Part shown: piece by piece, positions 8,135 through 17,406 of the stretch
Position numbering within the stretch: position 1 is the first letter of the stretch
How the letters are laid out: each line of letters opens with the position of its first letter
Assembly: GCA_902787125.1 (NCBI GenBank)
Contig: CADAEX010000002.1
Coordinates: forward strand, 1-50,121
Direction of reading: 5' to 3'
Length of the DNA: 50,121 nt
From: an uncultured Spirochaetaceae bacterium
Lineage (GTDB): Bacteria > Spirochaetota > Spirochaetia > CADAEX01
The notes under the pieces: model-generated
Databases searched by the model: none
What the model was told of the DNA's origin: nothing
The model's input: only the letters and a program-made list of their open reading frames with translations
Program-made: the position numbers and the translations under genes

Positions 8135-9370
8135 TTACTCCTCGTCGTCGTCATCATCGTCATCGTCATCATCATCAAAGTCAGCATCGGAATCATCATC
8201 GTCATCCTCGTCCTCATCTGAATCATCTGACATCTCATCTTCTTCGTCTTCATCTTCGGCGCTCTCGTCGAATTCCTCAGGATTCTCGCCGAATTCAGCA
8301 CCCTCTTCGTTCAGAAGTTCATTTTCTTCTTCTGCTGTCTCGTCATCGAAAACTGCATCATCATCTTCAAATACAGCATCGTCATCACCCTCATTATTGA
8401 TTACATCATTGCTTTCGTCGAAGTCATCAATTGAATTCAGGTCATCATCATCGCCGGAGTCGGCAAATACACCGAAGGATTCACCCTCTGAAATATCTGC
8501 ATTTCTGTACTGATCGTTGATCTTCTCGTCAAAGAACAGGATTCTGCTGCAATATGGACAGAACATGATGGAGTCCATGCGGTGAACATCGTTTACAAAC
8601 TGTATCGGGAGCACCATATGACATTCGGAACAGATAAATGCTTTGATTTTCTCCTTTCCCTTGCCATCTTCTGATTCTTCTTCCTTATCCTTCTTATCCT
8701 TGTCCACCAGAACACCTACGGAAACAATACCTTTTCCACGGCTCTTGATGATACGCTCGAACTTGAAGAGAAGCTCCTCGCCGATAACTGCAGATTCCTC
8801 TTTATTCTCTTTATCGAGGACAGCCTGGATCTTTGCTTTTACAGCTCCAAGCTCCTGCTTCTTGGCATCGCTGATGCTCTGGATCTTTTCCTCTTTCTGC
8901 CGGATTTCCTCAGCCTGACCATCAATAAGCTTCTGGTGGCTGTCCACTCTCATACTCTGCTCGGCAGTCTCTTTCTCTTCCTTCAGGAGATCTTTCCTGA
9001 GCTGCTGCTCTTCCAGGATTGCTTCCTTTATAGCCTTGTCCAGGACCTCATACTCTTTCTGGGTCTTGGCATCTTCCATATTCTTCTCATAGTTCAGCCG
9101 CTTGTCCTCGGCATCATGCAGCTGGAAACGGAGGTCCTTAACCTTGCTCTGACGTTTTTCCAGAATCTCGCTCTCGTCCTCAAGCTGCTTCTTGAGTCTG
9201 ACAAGAACTTCTTTATCTTTAAGAATAGCCTTTGGAATCTCCTCCAGCTCCTGCTCTATCTTATAGCGCTGAACAAGCAGACCCTGCAGATTCTGCAGCT
9301 TCTCAAGAACGGCTTTAACTTTTTTCTGCTTGTCTGTCATCTCTTTCTTTTCTGATACTTTCTTGCCCAT
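8135..9370 (-). CDS. Coiled-coil C4 zinc-ribbon protein (DUF164 / HP0958-like) with a 118-aa polyacidic C-terminal tail
   Basis: Long K/E-rich coiled coil, then CSECHMVLP...FCPYCSRILFF (CxxC...CxxC). The tail has 69 D/E in 118 residues and no K, R or H, and ends in DDDDDDDDDDDEE. Confidence 0.8.
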   Translation of the reverse strand: MGKKVSEKKEMTDKQKKVKAVLEKLQNLQGLLVQRYKIEQELEEIPKAILKDKEVLVRLKKQLEDESEILEKRQSKVKDLRFQLHDAEDKRLNYEKNMEDAKTQKEYEVLDKAIKEAILEEQQLRKDLLKEEKETAEQSMRVDSHQKLIDGQAEEIRQKEEKIQSISDAKKQELGAVKAKIQAVLDKENKEESAVIGEELLFKFERIIKSRGKGIVSVGVLVDKDKKDKEEESEDGKGKEKIKAFICSECHMVLPIQFVNDVHRMDSIMFCPYCSRILFFDEKINDQYRNADISEGESFGVFADSGDDDDLNSIDDFDESNDVINNEGDDDAVFEDDDAVFDDETAEEENELLNEEGAEFGENPEEFDESAEDEDEEDEMSDDSDEDEDDDDDSDADFDDDDDDDDDDDEE

Positions 9371-9381
9371 TTAACTACTCC

Positions 9382-11109
9382 TTACTCAGTATAGTCTTTC
9401 AGTTTGCAGCTCCGCTTAGGATGCCGCAGTCTTCTGAGCGCCTTGGCCTCGATCTGCCTTATACGCTCACGGGTAACATTGAAATAAAGGCCTACCTCTT
9501 CCAGTGTAAGAGGATATCCACCCTCCAGTCCAAATCTCATCTTAAGAACTTCCTGCTCCCTTGGAGGGATAGTCTCAAGCACTTCCCGGACATGTTCCTG
9601 CAGAAGCTTGAACTCGGTGCTTGTAGCCGGGTTCTCCACATCCTTGTCCTCGATGAAGTCTCCAAGCAGGGAATCCTCTTCCTCTCCAATCGGAGTCTCC
9701 AGAGATATAGGCTCCCTGGCTACGTTCTTGACAGCCTTGACCCTGCTTACAGCCCAGCCAAGCCGCTCTGCCACTTCCTCGTCGGTAGGTTCCCTGCCCA
9801 GAAGCTGCATCATCTGCCTTGATTCCCGGACAACCTTGTTGATCTGCTCTATCATATGCACCGGAACTCTGATAGTCCGGGCCTGATCCGAGATAGACCT
9901 GGTTATGGCCTGTCTGATCCACCATGTGGCATAGGTGGAGAACTTGTAGCCCTTGCGGTACTCGAATTTCTCCACTGCCTTTATAAGGCCTATGTTTCCC
10001 TCCTGGACCAGATCGAAGAACTGCAGTCCTCTATTAGTATATTTCTTTGCAATGCTTACTACAAGCCGTAAGTTTGATTTTATAAGCTTGTTTTTAGCAT
10101 TTTTCATCATCTCAAGGCCATCTTCTATCTCTCTGGACATGGCCATGATCTCGTCAATGGAGTTCTCAAAATCTGTCTCTATGCCCCGGAGCTTCTTCTC
10201 GTTAAGCTGGATAATACGGATTTTCTCTTTGATATCTTCAGCCGGGAATCCAAGTTTCTCCTCTATAGCACGCCGCTTTGATGCTGTGGCAAGGCTGCGG
10301 CCCAAGGTGCGGAGCTCTGCCGGGCTGGTCACTCCAAGGCTTTTCTCTATCCGCTGCTGCTCGGTGATATACCGGTCAATCTTATGGGAAGTCTCGATAA
10401 ACATCTCTGAAAGCCGGTTAATCTCCTCCTGCTGAAGATCCATATTCTTCAGGTGGTTCATGATAGTCTTGGCTTTCCGTCTGAGAGACTCGTCCTCCAG
10501 GACATTTCCACCCAGGCTCAGGATTTTGTTCTTCTGCTCCATATAGGATTTAAGCGAAGAAAGAACATCCTTTAGAGGTTCTTTATAGAACTGATTAAGC
10601 CTGCGCCGCTCGGCCATAAGGTCAGAAATCTCTTTCTTGGTCATGTTCTGCTCGTTTGCATCTGACCTGGAGAATACCTTCTGAGACAGCCTGTAGGCTT
10701 CAGGAATAATAATTCCGGAATGACTTATGACCCGCTTAAGGATATTTCCACCCTCTTCCATCTGCTTGGAGAGAATAACCTCCTGCTCTGCAGTAAGAAG
10801 GGTCTCTTTTCCGATCTCCCGGAGATAAAGCCGGATAGGGTCATCCACAATGCCATCTTTATCGTCGGCTGACATGCTGGATGATTTCTCTTCGTCATCC
10901 TCATCATCTTCCTCTTCGTCAAAATCATCTTCCGACTCTTCCAGAGTGATATCGTTCTTCTCAAGAATCTCGATAATCTCATCAATCTTGTCAGAAGAGC
11001 TCATCTCGCTGGGCAGAAGATCATTCAGCTCATCATAGGTGATGTGCTTCTTGCTTTTGCCATACTCGATAATCTTTTTAACAGCAGGATCGTTCTGCAA
11101 CTCTGTCAT
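9382..11109 (-). CDS. rpoD: RNA polymerase primary sigma factor (sigma-70)
   Basis: Region 2 ([17 protein letters not shown]) and region 4.2 ([30 protein letters not shown]) are present, with an acidic region 1 spacer. The gene follows dnaG. Confidence 0.96.
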   Translation of the reverse strand: MTELQNDPAVKKIIEYGKSKKHITYDELNDLLPSEMSSSDKIDEIIEILEKNDITLEESEDDFDEEEDDEDDEEKSSSMSADDKDGIVDDPIRLYLREIGKETLLTAEQEVILSKQMEEGGNILKRVISHSGIIIPEAYRLSQKVFSRSDANEQNMTKKEISDLMAERRRLNQFYKEPLKDVLSSLKSYMEQKNKILSLGGNVLEDESLRRKAKTIMNHLKNMDLQQEEINRLSEMFIETSHKIDRYITEQQRIEKSLGVTSPAELRTLGRSLATASKRRAIEEKLGFPAEDIKEKIRIIQLNEKKLRGIETDFENSIDEIMAMSREIEDGLEMMKNAKNKLIKSNLRLVVSIAKKYTNRGLQFFDLVQEGNIGLIKAVEKFEYRKGYKFSTYATWWIRQAITRSISDQARTIRVPVHMIEQINKVVRESRQMMQLLGREPTDEEVAERLGWAVSRVKAVKNVAREPISLETPIGEEEDSLLGDFIEDKDVENPATSTEFKLLQEHVREVLETIPPREQEVLKMRFGLEGGYPLTLEEVGLYFNVTRERIRQIEAKALRRLRHPKRSCKLKDYTE

Positions 11110-12872
11110 TAACTTCTCATCCCTTTTAATTTTTCAATTTCGTCGTCATAAAACCGCTTGTCTGCAATAAGATCCTCCGGCACAGAATCCTGTTCCGAAG
11201 CTGCCTTGCGGATCATCCTTTCCACCCTGAGCCTCTTTATCACCAGGTTGTTCATCTGGACGTTCCGTATGCTGTCTTTGATGATAGATTCAGGATTAAG
11301 CTTGAATTCGTCGGAAGAGAGCTTCTGTATAATAATCTCTTTGAGTTTTTCGTTCTCAAGGTGATTCAATATCACATCCTCTGAGAAAACTCCATTTCTA
11401 AAGCATTCTTCCATAGTGATGAACAAATCCCGTGCCCGGCTGTCATAGAAATCATCGGCAGTAAGCTCATTTCTGACAAGCTCAAAATAGCTGCTGTTGG
11501 CCATTACTGCAAGAAGCAGGAAAAGCTCCGATGAAATTCTGTTTTCCTGAACAGCTGTGACACTGTTAAAATCCTGACCCACACCCCCTTTTCTCTTGCT
11601 GTAGTCGTTATAAACCGACTTATAATCGGCATTTATCTTATCGGCAAGTGCCTTAAGACGCTGTTCTTTGCGCACCTCGGAGTCTGAAAGATCAATCAGG
11701 GGAAAGACACGGCTGTACAGTGCCATGATACCCTGGGAGCGGGAAAGGTCAAGATTCCGCAGGCTGTTTTCCAATATAAAATCAAAGCAATTTATAGGAT
11801 ATTTTAAGCAATTATGCAACGCCTCGGGTCCATTTTTTTTAAGAATTTCCTGAGGATCGTTATCGCCGGGCAGTTTCACTATATCGCAGATAAGTCCTTC
11901 CTTCTCGCAGATGAAGGTTCCACGCTCTGCCGCTTTGACACCGGCTGCATCTCCATCGAAGAGCAGCACTACCCGGGGCGCATTGCGTTTTATTATGGCC
12001 GCCTGGGTCTCGGTAAGGGCTGTCCCCAGCGGTGCCACCACATTCTCTATGCCGGCCTGGTGCATGGCTATGACATCCATATAGCCCTCCACTATGTAAC
12101 AGAACCCCTCCTTGCGCATGGCAAGCATGGCGAAGTTAAGGCCGTAGAGCTCCTCGTGCTTCTTGAACACAAGAGTCTCGGGAGAGTTTATGTATTTAGG
12201 CTGCTCATCCTTTTTCATGGTGCGGCCGCCGAAAGCTATGGCATTTCCATGCTTGGAGAACACCGGATATATTACCCGGCCTGAGAATATGGAAATCTTC
12301 GGATACCGGGCAGAGAAAAGGCCGGTCTTGGCCAGAAAGTCAGGGGTATAGTTTTTCTTGACAAGGAAGTTGTACAGCCAGGTCCGGTCAGCCGGCATAA
12401 AGCCCAGCTTGAACTTCTCTATCATCTCCTGGGTCACTCCCCGGCCAAGGAGATAGTCCAGGGCAGGTTTCCCCTCGGGGGTGGAAAGCAGGATGTAATG
12501 GAGAGCGTTCACAACCTTGTCATCTAAGTCGGTAAGCTGCTGTCTTTCAGATGTTCCCTGATATGTTCCCGCATTCTTATATTCCTCCAGGGAGATTCCG
12601 GCCTCCTTGGCCAGATACTCAGCAGCCTCGGGGAAAGTCATCTTCTCCATCTCCATAAGGAAGGTGAAGGCATTGCCCCCTTTCTTGCAGCCGAAGCAGT
12701 GGAAAACCCCCTTGTCCGGGGAGACAGTGAAGGACGGAGTCTTCTCGTGGTGGAACGGACATAGCCCCTTAAGCCGACTGCCGGCCCGCTGGAGAGTCAC
12801 ATACCGCCCGATAAGCTGTTCGATATCGGTTCTGTCTGCTATTTCTTTAATAACTTCGTCTGGAAGGAACAT
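11109..12872 (-). CDS. dnaG: DNA primase
   Basis: Zinc finger [29 protein letters not shown] and Toprim EGYMDVIA...[10 protein letters not shown] prefer the ATG at 12872 ([11 protein letters not shown]) to the upstream-extended track start. The stop overlaps the rpoD ATG (TAATG). Confidence 0.93.
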   Translation of the reverse strand: MFLPDEVIKEIADRTDIEQLIGRYVTLQRAGSRLKGLCPFHHEKTPSFTVSPDKGVFHCFGCKKGGNAFTFLMEMEKMTFPEAAEYLAKEAGISLEEYKNAGTYQGTSERQQLTDLDDKVVNALHYILLSTPEGKPALDYLLGRGVTQEMIEKFKLGFMPADRTWLYNFLVKKNYTPDFLAKTGLFSARYPKISIFSGRVIYPVFSKHGNAIAFGGRTMKKDEQPKYINSPETLVFKKHEELYGLNFAMLAMRKEGFCYIVEGYMDVIAMHQAGIENVVAPLGTALTETQAAIIKRNAPRVVLLFDGDAAGVKAAERGTFICEKEGLICDIVKLPGDNDPQEILKKNGPEALHNCLKYPINCFDFILENSLRNLDLSRSQGIMALYSRVFPLIDLSDSEVRKEQRLKALADKINADYKSVYNDYSKRKGGVGQDFNSVTAVQENRISSELFLLLAVMANSSYFELVRNELTADDFYDSRARDLFITMEECFRNGVFSEDVILNHLENEKLKEIIIQKLSSDEFKLNPESIIKDSIRNVQMNNLVIKRLRVERMIRKAASEQDSVPEDLIADKRFYDDEIEKLKGMRS

Positions 12873-12943
12873 TCTATTTAATATACTAAAAAAGAAGAAA
12901 ATTGTAAACAAACAAAGAGGATAGATGTTGTAAAATTTTATTA

Positions 12944-13216
12944 TTACAGGTTGCTTTTATCTGGGAGCTGCTCTGACTTTTCTTTAGTCTTTTCAGCCTG
13001 CTCTGCAGCCTTCTTTTCTGCAGCCTTTTCAATCTTCACCTGCTCCCTGTGCTTCTTATACCACTTGCCGGCACAGCAGGAGAACGGCATCATGATGACA
13101 CAGCTTAAAATGACAGCGGCAATAATAGCCAGCCATTTAGACTTGATCTTGAGTCCAGCTAAAATAATGATTGCAATAATTGCAGCAAGGCATACTATCA
13201 TGCCGAATAAAGCCAT
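12944..13216 (-). CDS. Small membrane protein (two predicted TM helices, K/E-rich tail)
   Basis: 90-aa ORF: MALFGMIVCLAAIIAIIILAGL...WLAIIAAVILSCVIMMPF, then KKHREQVKIEKAAEKKAAEQAEKTKEK. No family recognised. Confidence 0.55.
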   Translation of the reverse strand: MALFGMIVCLAAIIAIIILAGLKIKSKWLAIIAAVILSCVIMMPFSCCAGKWYKKHREQVKIEKAAEKKAAEQAEKTKEKSEQLPDKSNL

Positions 13217-13266
13217 AAGAATAACCCTCTTTTTTTATTTTACAATAAATAGTTGCAGAACGCAAG

Positions 13267-14298
13267 TCACCGTTTCTTAAGGTAGAGAACCCGGGCATTG
13301 TTATGCTCAGAGAACCGCTTGGAGAAGTAATGCTCCCCGGTTTCGGGATCCTTCAGGAGGAAATAGAGATAGTCGGTCTCCGGCGGATTGAAAGCTGCCT
13401 CCAAGGATACAGCCCCGGGGTTGCAGATAGGGGCAGGAGGCAGTCCCCGGTTCAGGTAGGTATTGAACGGAGACTTTATCTTAAGGTCATCATAGGTTAT
13501 GTACTCGGGATGCTTCTTCCCCTGGATCTCGGTGATTATATATTCCACTGTGGCACAGGAGGAAAGGGCAATGTTATGCTCCAGCCTGTTGTAGAACACC
13601 GATGCGATAAGGGGAGCCTCCTGAGGCAGACGGTATTCACGCTCCACTATGGATGCCAGGATGACTTTGTTATATACCTCTTCCGGCGTCAGTTCTTTCC
13701 AGCCTGGGCAGAAAGCATTCAGCTTTGCATAGAATGTGTCCAGCATGGCAGAGAGCACTGTCTTGGCAGTAAGCCCTTTCTGGAACAGGTAGGAATCGGG
13801 GAAGATATATCCCTGGGCGCTGTCAGCCGTTATGAAGTACTTAGCCAGAAGCTCCTTGTCATGAGCCGCAGCTATGAAATCCTCAGCCCTGGCAAGGTCT
13901 GCCTCCTCCAGTATGGCAGCTATGCGGCTTAAAGAGATTCCCTCCGGAATTGTAACCTTTATGTTGATGCCTGTACCTGCCACAAGCAGGTTCTGGATCT
14001 GACGGGGTGTCATGGCGGCGCTGAGACTGTACTGCCCGGACTTGAAGCTGTTCTCTGTCTTGTCCAGCTTGGCAAGAATACGCAGGAAGAGAGCCGATTT
14101 TATAAGGTGCTGCGACTCCAGCCGGGCAGCTATTTCCGGCAGATGCTCTCCGCTCTCCACTGTAAATACCACAGTATCCCCTTCAGGGTCTGCACACTGG
14201 CCATAATAGTTCCAGGCATACCAGGCGCCGCCACAGGCAGCACCGGCCATGATAAGTACAGCCAGGAGAAAAATGAGAAGAGCTGTAAGAAGCCTCAT
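13267..14298 (-). CDS. mltG: Endolytic murein transglycosylase MltG (YceG-like)
   Basis: N-terminal TM segment and YceG motifs: ASIVEREY, VFYNRL, ATVEYI, NTYLNRGLPPAPICNPG. Confidence 0.9.
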   Translation of the reverse strand: MRLLTALLIFLLAVLIMAGAACGGAWYAWNYYGQCADPEGDTVVFTVESGEHLPEIAARLESQHLIKSALFLRILAKLDKTENSFKSGQYSLSAAMTPRQIQNLLVAGTGINIKVTIPEGISLSRIAAILEEADLARAEDFIAAAHDKELLAKYFITADSAQGYIFPDSYLFQKGLTAKTVLSAMLDTFYAKLNAFCPGWKELTPEEVYNKVILASIVEREYRLPQEAPLIASVFYNRLEHNIALSSCATVEYIITEIQGKKHPEYITYDDLKIKSPFNTYLNRGLPPAPICNPGAVSLEAAFNPPETDYLYFLLKDPETGEHYFSKRFSEHNNARVLYLKKR

Positions 14299-14495
14299 GA
14301 TTTTTTCTCCCTGAGAGGTGCAAGATTCTCTTTAGCCTGAGCCTTGAGCCGTTCTATCTCCTGGATTGAGAAGTGCTGGTACACCTGTTTCTCCAGCTGA
14401 CACTTGAAGGCATAAAGGGATGGAGAAAGGGTGCTGTCCAATGCAGATAGGAGAAAATAGAGTTCATTGCATATTTTCTGGTCTATTTCTGTCAT
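14295..14495 (-). CDS. Hypothetical small protein (66 aa)
   Basis: The ORF overlaps both neighbours by 4 nt (ATGA), as expected for translational coupling within a ykgJ-orf66-mltG operon. No recognisable motif. Confidence 0.5.
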   Translation of the reverse strand: MTEIDQKICNELYFLLSALDSTLSPSLYAFKCQLEKQVYQHFSIQEIERLKAQAKENLAPLREKKS

Positions 14496-14929
14496 ATTGT
14501 GATAAGTTTCTCCCTTTTACGGCTGACAATCCATTCCTCTATCTCTTCCCTTGTATGGATCTTTCCTTTGTTCACACCGGGACATGCGGATGCAAGGCTG
14601 TCCCAGTCTTCCTTTGACTCCAGATATGGTGCCCAGAACGGAAAACTCCTGCACTGAAGAGGTCTTGCATCATACACAGCACAGCCTCCGTCCCGCCAGA
14701 AGATACAGTCAAAGTTCTCCTTCTCTATCAAGCTTATACGGAAAGTTCCCCCTATGTCCACTTTAACACAGTATTTTTCCAGAAATTCATCCTGAGTCAG
14801 TGAAAGTTTTGCTGCAAGCTTTTCCAGATCTTCATGGGAGAGGAAGACATAGCCTGAGTCAAACCGGCAGCAGCCGGAGCAACGCTGGCATTCGAAACAC
14901 AGACCATCTTTGTAAAAAGGCTCTTCCAT
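14492..14929 (-). CDS. YkgJ-family cysteine-cluster protein (UPF0153)
   Basis: CFECQRCSGCCRF (CxxCxxCC) plus downstream Cys residues (DCIFW...GGCAVY...CRSFP), typical of the family. Confidence 0.8.
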   Translation of the reverse strand: MEEPFYKDGLCFECQRCSGCCRFDSGYVFLSHEDLEKLAAKLSLTQDEFLEKYCVKVDIGGTFRISLIEKENFDCIFWRDGGCAVYDARPLQCRSFPFWAPYLESKEDWDSLASACPGVNKGKIHTREEIEEWIVSRKREKLITI

Positions 14930-14941
14930 AAAACCGCCTTA

Positions 14942-14973
14942 AGAAAAAAAATGCCTCCTGAAAATCAGGAGGC
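14942..14973 (-). terminator. Rho-independent terminator after tRNA-Tyr
   Basis: On the minus strand: GCCTCCTG-ATTTT-CAGGAGGC (8-bp GC-rich stem) followed by ATTTTTTTTCT. Confidence 0.8.
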
Positions 14974-14975
14974 AA

Positions 14976-15057
14976 TGGGGAGAATAGGATTCGGACCTAT
15001 GAAGACTGAGTCAACAGATTTACAGTCTGCCCCCTTTGACCGCTCGGGAATCTCCCC
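14976..15057 (-). tRNA. tRNA-Tyr (GTA), class II with a long variable arm
   Basis: The reverse complement is GGGGAGATTCCCGAGCGGTCAAAGGGGGCAGACTGTAAATCTGTTGACTCAGTCTTCATAGGTCCGAATCCTATTCTCCCCA. It folds as a cloverleaf with anticodon loop CTGTAAA. CCA is not encoded. Confidence 0.92.
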
Positions 15058-15078
15058 AGACAACATTGCTGTTGTTTC

Positions 15079-15152
15079 AGCCACCTGTCCGATTCGAACG
15101 GACGACCCCGAGATTACAAGTCACGTGCTCTGGCCAGCTGAGCTAAGGTGGC
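15079..15152 (-). tRNA. tRNA-Thr (TGT)
   Basis: The reverse complement is GCCACCTTAGCTCAGCTGGCCAGAGCACGTGACTTGTAATCTCGGGGTCGTCCGTTCGAATCGGACAGGTGGCT. The acceptor, D and T arms pair, and the anticodon loop is CTTGTAA. Confidence 0.92.
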
Positions 15153-15165
15153 ATCAGCTTTGATT

Positions 15166-15194
15166 AGAATATTAAAACTGCACAGGAAAGTCAA
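15166..15194 (-). promoter_or_regulatory. Candidate sigma-70 promoter for the tRNA-Thr/tRNA-Tyr pair
   Basis: Minus strand: TTGACT (15194-15189), a 17-nt spacer, then TATTCT (15171-15166). The -10 ends 13 nt before the tRNA 5' end. Confidence 0.45.
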
Positions 15195-15252
15195 TAGAGT
15201 TTTCAATTATTTTTACCTTGCAGAAGAATTTGTAAACCGTTACAGTAGGAGT

Positions 15253-15888
15253 ATGAAATACACCACCATTGCCTGGGACTGGAACGGCACTCTTCTGGAC
15301 GATGCATTTATCTGTGCCGAATGTGTCAATGATATGCTGAGGAAAAGGAATATGCCGATCCTGGACCTTGACACCTACCGGAGCTATGTGGAGAACCCTA
15401 TCATAAAAGCTTATGAGCATATATTTGACCTTAAGGTGGTGACCTTTGACACTATTGTGAAAGAGTTCTATGAAAGCTATCCCAAGTACATGAAAGATGC
15501 CCTCCTTGTTCCGGGGGCCAAGGAGCTTCTTGAGTATTTCAGGGAACAGGGATGCCGTCAGATTATAATCACTGCCGCCCATACCCCTGATGTGATCGAA
15601 TATTTATGCAAATTTGGTATAAAAAGCTATTTCGATACAGTGCTGGGCTCCGACAACCTGCAGGGAGGCTCCAAAATAAGCCGGGCTGCAGAGTATGCAA
15701 AAAGTGAAAAAATTTCAAATGGGACACTGCTTATGATCGGAGATACTGCACACGATGCCGAGACTGCCGATGCCATAGGAGCTGACTGCATACTTTTCTC
15801 CGGAGGACATCAGTGCGAGGAAAGGCTCGAAGCCACAGGACGCCCGGTAGTGAAAAATCTTCTGGATATTCCGGCACTTATTGAATAG
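15253..15888 (+). CDS. HAD-superfamily hydrolase (phosphoglycolate phosphatase-like)
   Basis: Motif I-like AWDWNGTLLDD and motif IV MIGDTAHDAETADAIGA. AGGAG precedes the ATG at 15253. The track start at 15148 would overlap the tRNA gene. Confidence 0.8.
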   Translation: MKYTTIAWDWNGTLLDDAFICAECVNDMLRKRNMPILDLDTYRSYVENPIIKAYEHIFDLKVVTFDTIVKEFYESYPKYMKDALLVPGAKELLEYFREQGCRQIIITAAHTPDVIEYLCKFGIKSYFDTVLGSDNLQGGSKISRAAEYAKSEKISNGTLLMIGDTAHDAETADAIGADCILFSGGHQCEERLEATGRPVVKNLLDIPALIE

Positions 15889-16609
15889 AATCAGTTATTA
15901 TGCAGAGGAATTCCCTATTTCCCTTAGTGCCTAAAATGGGAGACTCAATCATATCTTTAATGTAGGAGTTATCCTCGGCCAAAAGACGCTCAGTCTCGGC
16001 CAGAACCCGGCGCACATCCTCCTCTTTGCGTATTACGCCGTCAAAGCCTGGAACCAGCCCCCGCTCCTCAAACTGCGGCTTTACCAGAGCAATGAGTTTT
16101 TTCTCCCTGGTCAGGGCCAGAATATGTGATGCAGCATGGACAATGGAGCGGAAAGAAAGGTCGCATACTGCCAGGTCGGGCTGCGGCTCCAGGTCACCGG
16201 GCGCCACATCCATTATGTTGGTCTTTTCCCTGACCAGCACTGCCGGGTTCTGGCGAAGTTTAAAGTCCAGCTGGTTGGATCCCGAGTCCACAGCGTGGAC
16301 CAAAGATGCACCATGCTGCAGGAGACAGTCGGTAAAGCCCCCGGTGGAGCTTCCTGCATCCAGCACCACTTTGCCTTTCACATCTATGGACCAATGCTCC
16401 AGCGCCTTCTCAAGCTTAAAGCCACCCCGGGATACAAACTTCTTATCGGCAAGCACCACCGGGGTATCCTCCGGGAACAGCTCCTTGGGGTTCTTTATCA
16501 CTCCTCCATCCGCTATTACCTCACCGCACAGAATATGGGAGTAGAGTTTATCACTTGAATATCCGGGATAATTTTTCTTAAGCAGGGTCAGAAGCGGAAC
16601 CTTTTTCAT
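15878..16609 (-). CDS. tlyA: TlyA-family rRNA 2'-O-methyltransferase (hemolysin A-like)
   Basis: S4-like N-terminus, then the FtsJ fold: SRGGFKLEKAL...VLDAGSSTGGFTDCLLQHGA...VHAVDSG. Confidence 0.9.
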   Translation of the reverse strand: MKKVPLLTLLKKNYPGYSSDKLYSHILCGEVIADGGVIKNPKELFPEDTPVVLADKKFVSRGGFKLEKALEHWSIDVKGKVVLDAGSSTGGFTDCLLQHGASLVHAVDSGSNQLDFKLRQNPAVLVREKTNIMDVAPGDLEPQPDLAVCDLSFRSIVHAASHILALTREKKLIALVKPQFEERGLVPGFDGVIRKEEDVRRVLAETERLLAEDNSYIKDMIESPILGTKGNREFLCIITDSIQ

Positions 16610-16614
16610 ACACT

Positions 16615-17406
16615 TCAGACAGGCTCTGCAAGACGCTCTATGGAAACAGATCTGCCGCTCTGGACATCAATTTTTATCAGGACGCCGCAGAATGTCACAG
16701 GAAGATCTGCAATCTCCATCTTAAGAGGCATCTGGGTAAGAGAGCGCTCTATGGAGATTTCTTTTATAGTTCCTATTACAGATTCCTCAGGGCCGGTCAT
16801 TCCCACATCGGTGATATATGCGGTGCCGCCCTTAAGAATACGCTCATCAGCAGTCTGCACATGGGTATGGGTGCCTACCAGGGCGCTCACCTGTCCGTCC
16901 AGCCAGCAGCCCAGTGCCTCTTTCTCGGAGCTTGATTCGGCATGGAAGTCCACCAGTATGACAGGTGTCTCTTTCTTAAGTTTTTTTGCCAGCTCCTTGC
17001 CGCAGCGGAAAGGACAGTCGATAGTGCTCATATTCTCTCTGCCCTGAAGGTTCATTACAGCAATTTTCACACCATGCTTTTCCACAATACAGCTTCCGTG
17101 ACCTGGAACTCCGGCCGGGAAGTTTGCAGGGCGCAGGACAGCATCTTTCTCGTCCAGATATGGATAGAGCTCACTCTTCTGCCAAACATGATTGCCGGTA
17201 GTTATCACATCGGCACCGCTTTGGAAAAACTGGTCGGCAGCGGCAGGCAGGAGACCGAAACCATCGGCCGAATTCTCGCCGTTTATAACTGTGAAATCTG
17301 CATTATATTTCTTGATGAGATTCTTAAGATTGAAGAAAACAGCCCTGTTCCCAGGCTGACCTATAATGTCTCCGAGGAACAGGATGTTGATTGTATCAGC
17401 GGGCAT
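16615..17406 (-). CDS. ymdB: YmdB-like metallophosphoesterase (TIGR00282 family)
   Basis: ILFLGDIIG, INGENSADGFG, TTGNHVW, VDFHAE, GTHTHVQTAD. It lies directly downstream of rny, the conserved pairing. Confidence 0.9.
   Translation of the reverse strand: MPADTINILFLGDIIGQPGNRAVFFNLKNLIKKYNADFTVINGENSADGFGLLPAAADQFFQSGADVITTGNHVWQKSELYPYLDEKDAVLRPANFPAGVPGHGSCIVEKHGVKIAVMNLQGRENMSTIDCPFRCGKELAKKLKKETPVILVDFHAESSSEKEALGCWLDGQVSALVGTHTHVQTADERILKGGTAYITDVGMTGPEESVIGTIKEISIERSLTQMPLKMEIADLPVTFCGVLIKIDVQSGRSVSIERLAEPV

Noticed and set aside
8138-8491. GAT/GAC/GAA triplet-rich stretch as a tandem repeat or CRISPR-like array
   Set aside because: It has no fixed repeat unit and no spacers. It is in-frame low-complexity coding sequence (the polyacidic tail).
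14951-15163. 70-aa plus-strand ORF, and the N-terminal 35 codons of the HAD track ORF (15148-15252)
   Set aside because: Both overlap the two tRNA genes and their terminator. The HAD gene has a proper AGGAG-ATG at 15253.
15878-15888. 11-nt convergent overlap of the HAD hydrolase and tlyA 3' ends, and the 3-nt gap between the convergent nrdG and TPR genes at 6874-6876
   Set aside because: Compact convergent gene ends without hairpins are common. Nothing structured is visible there.
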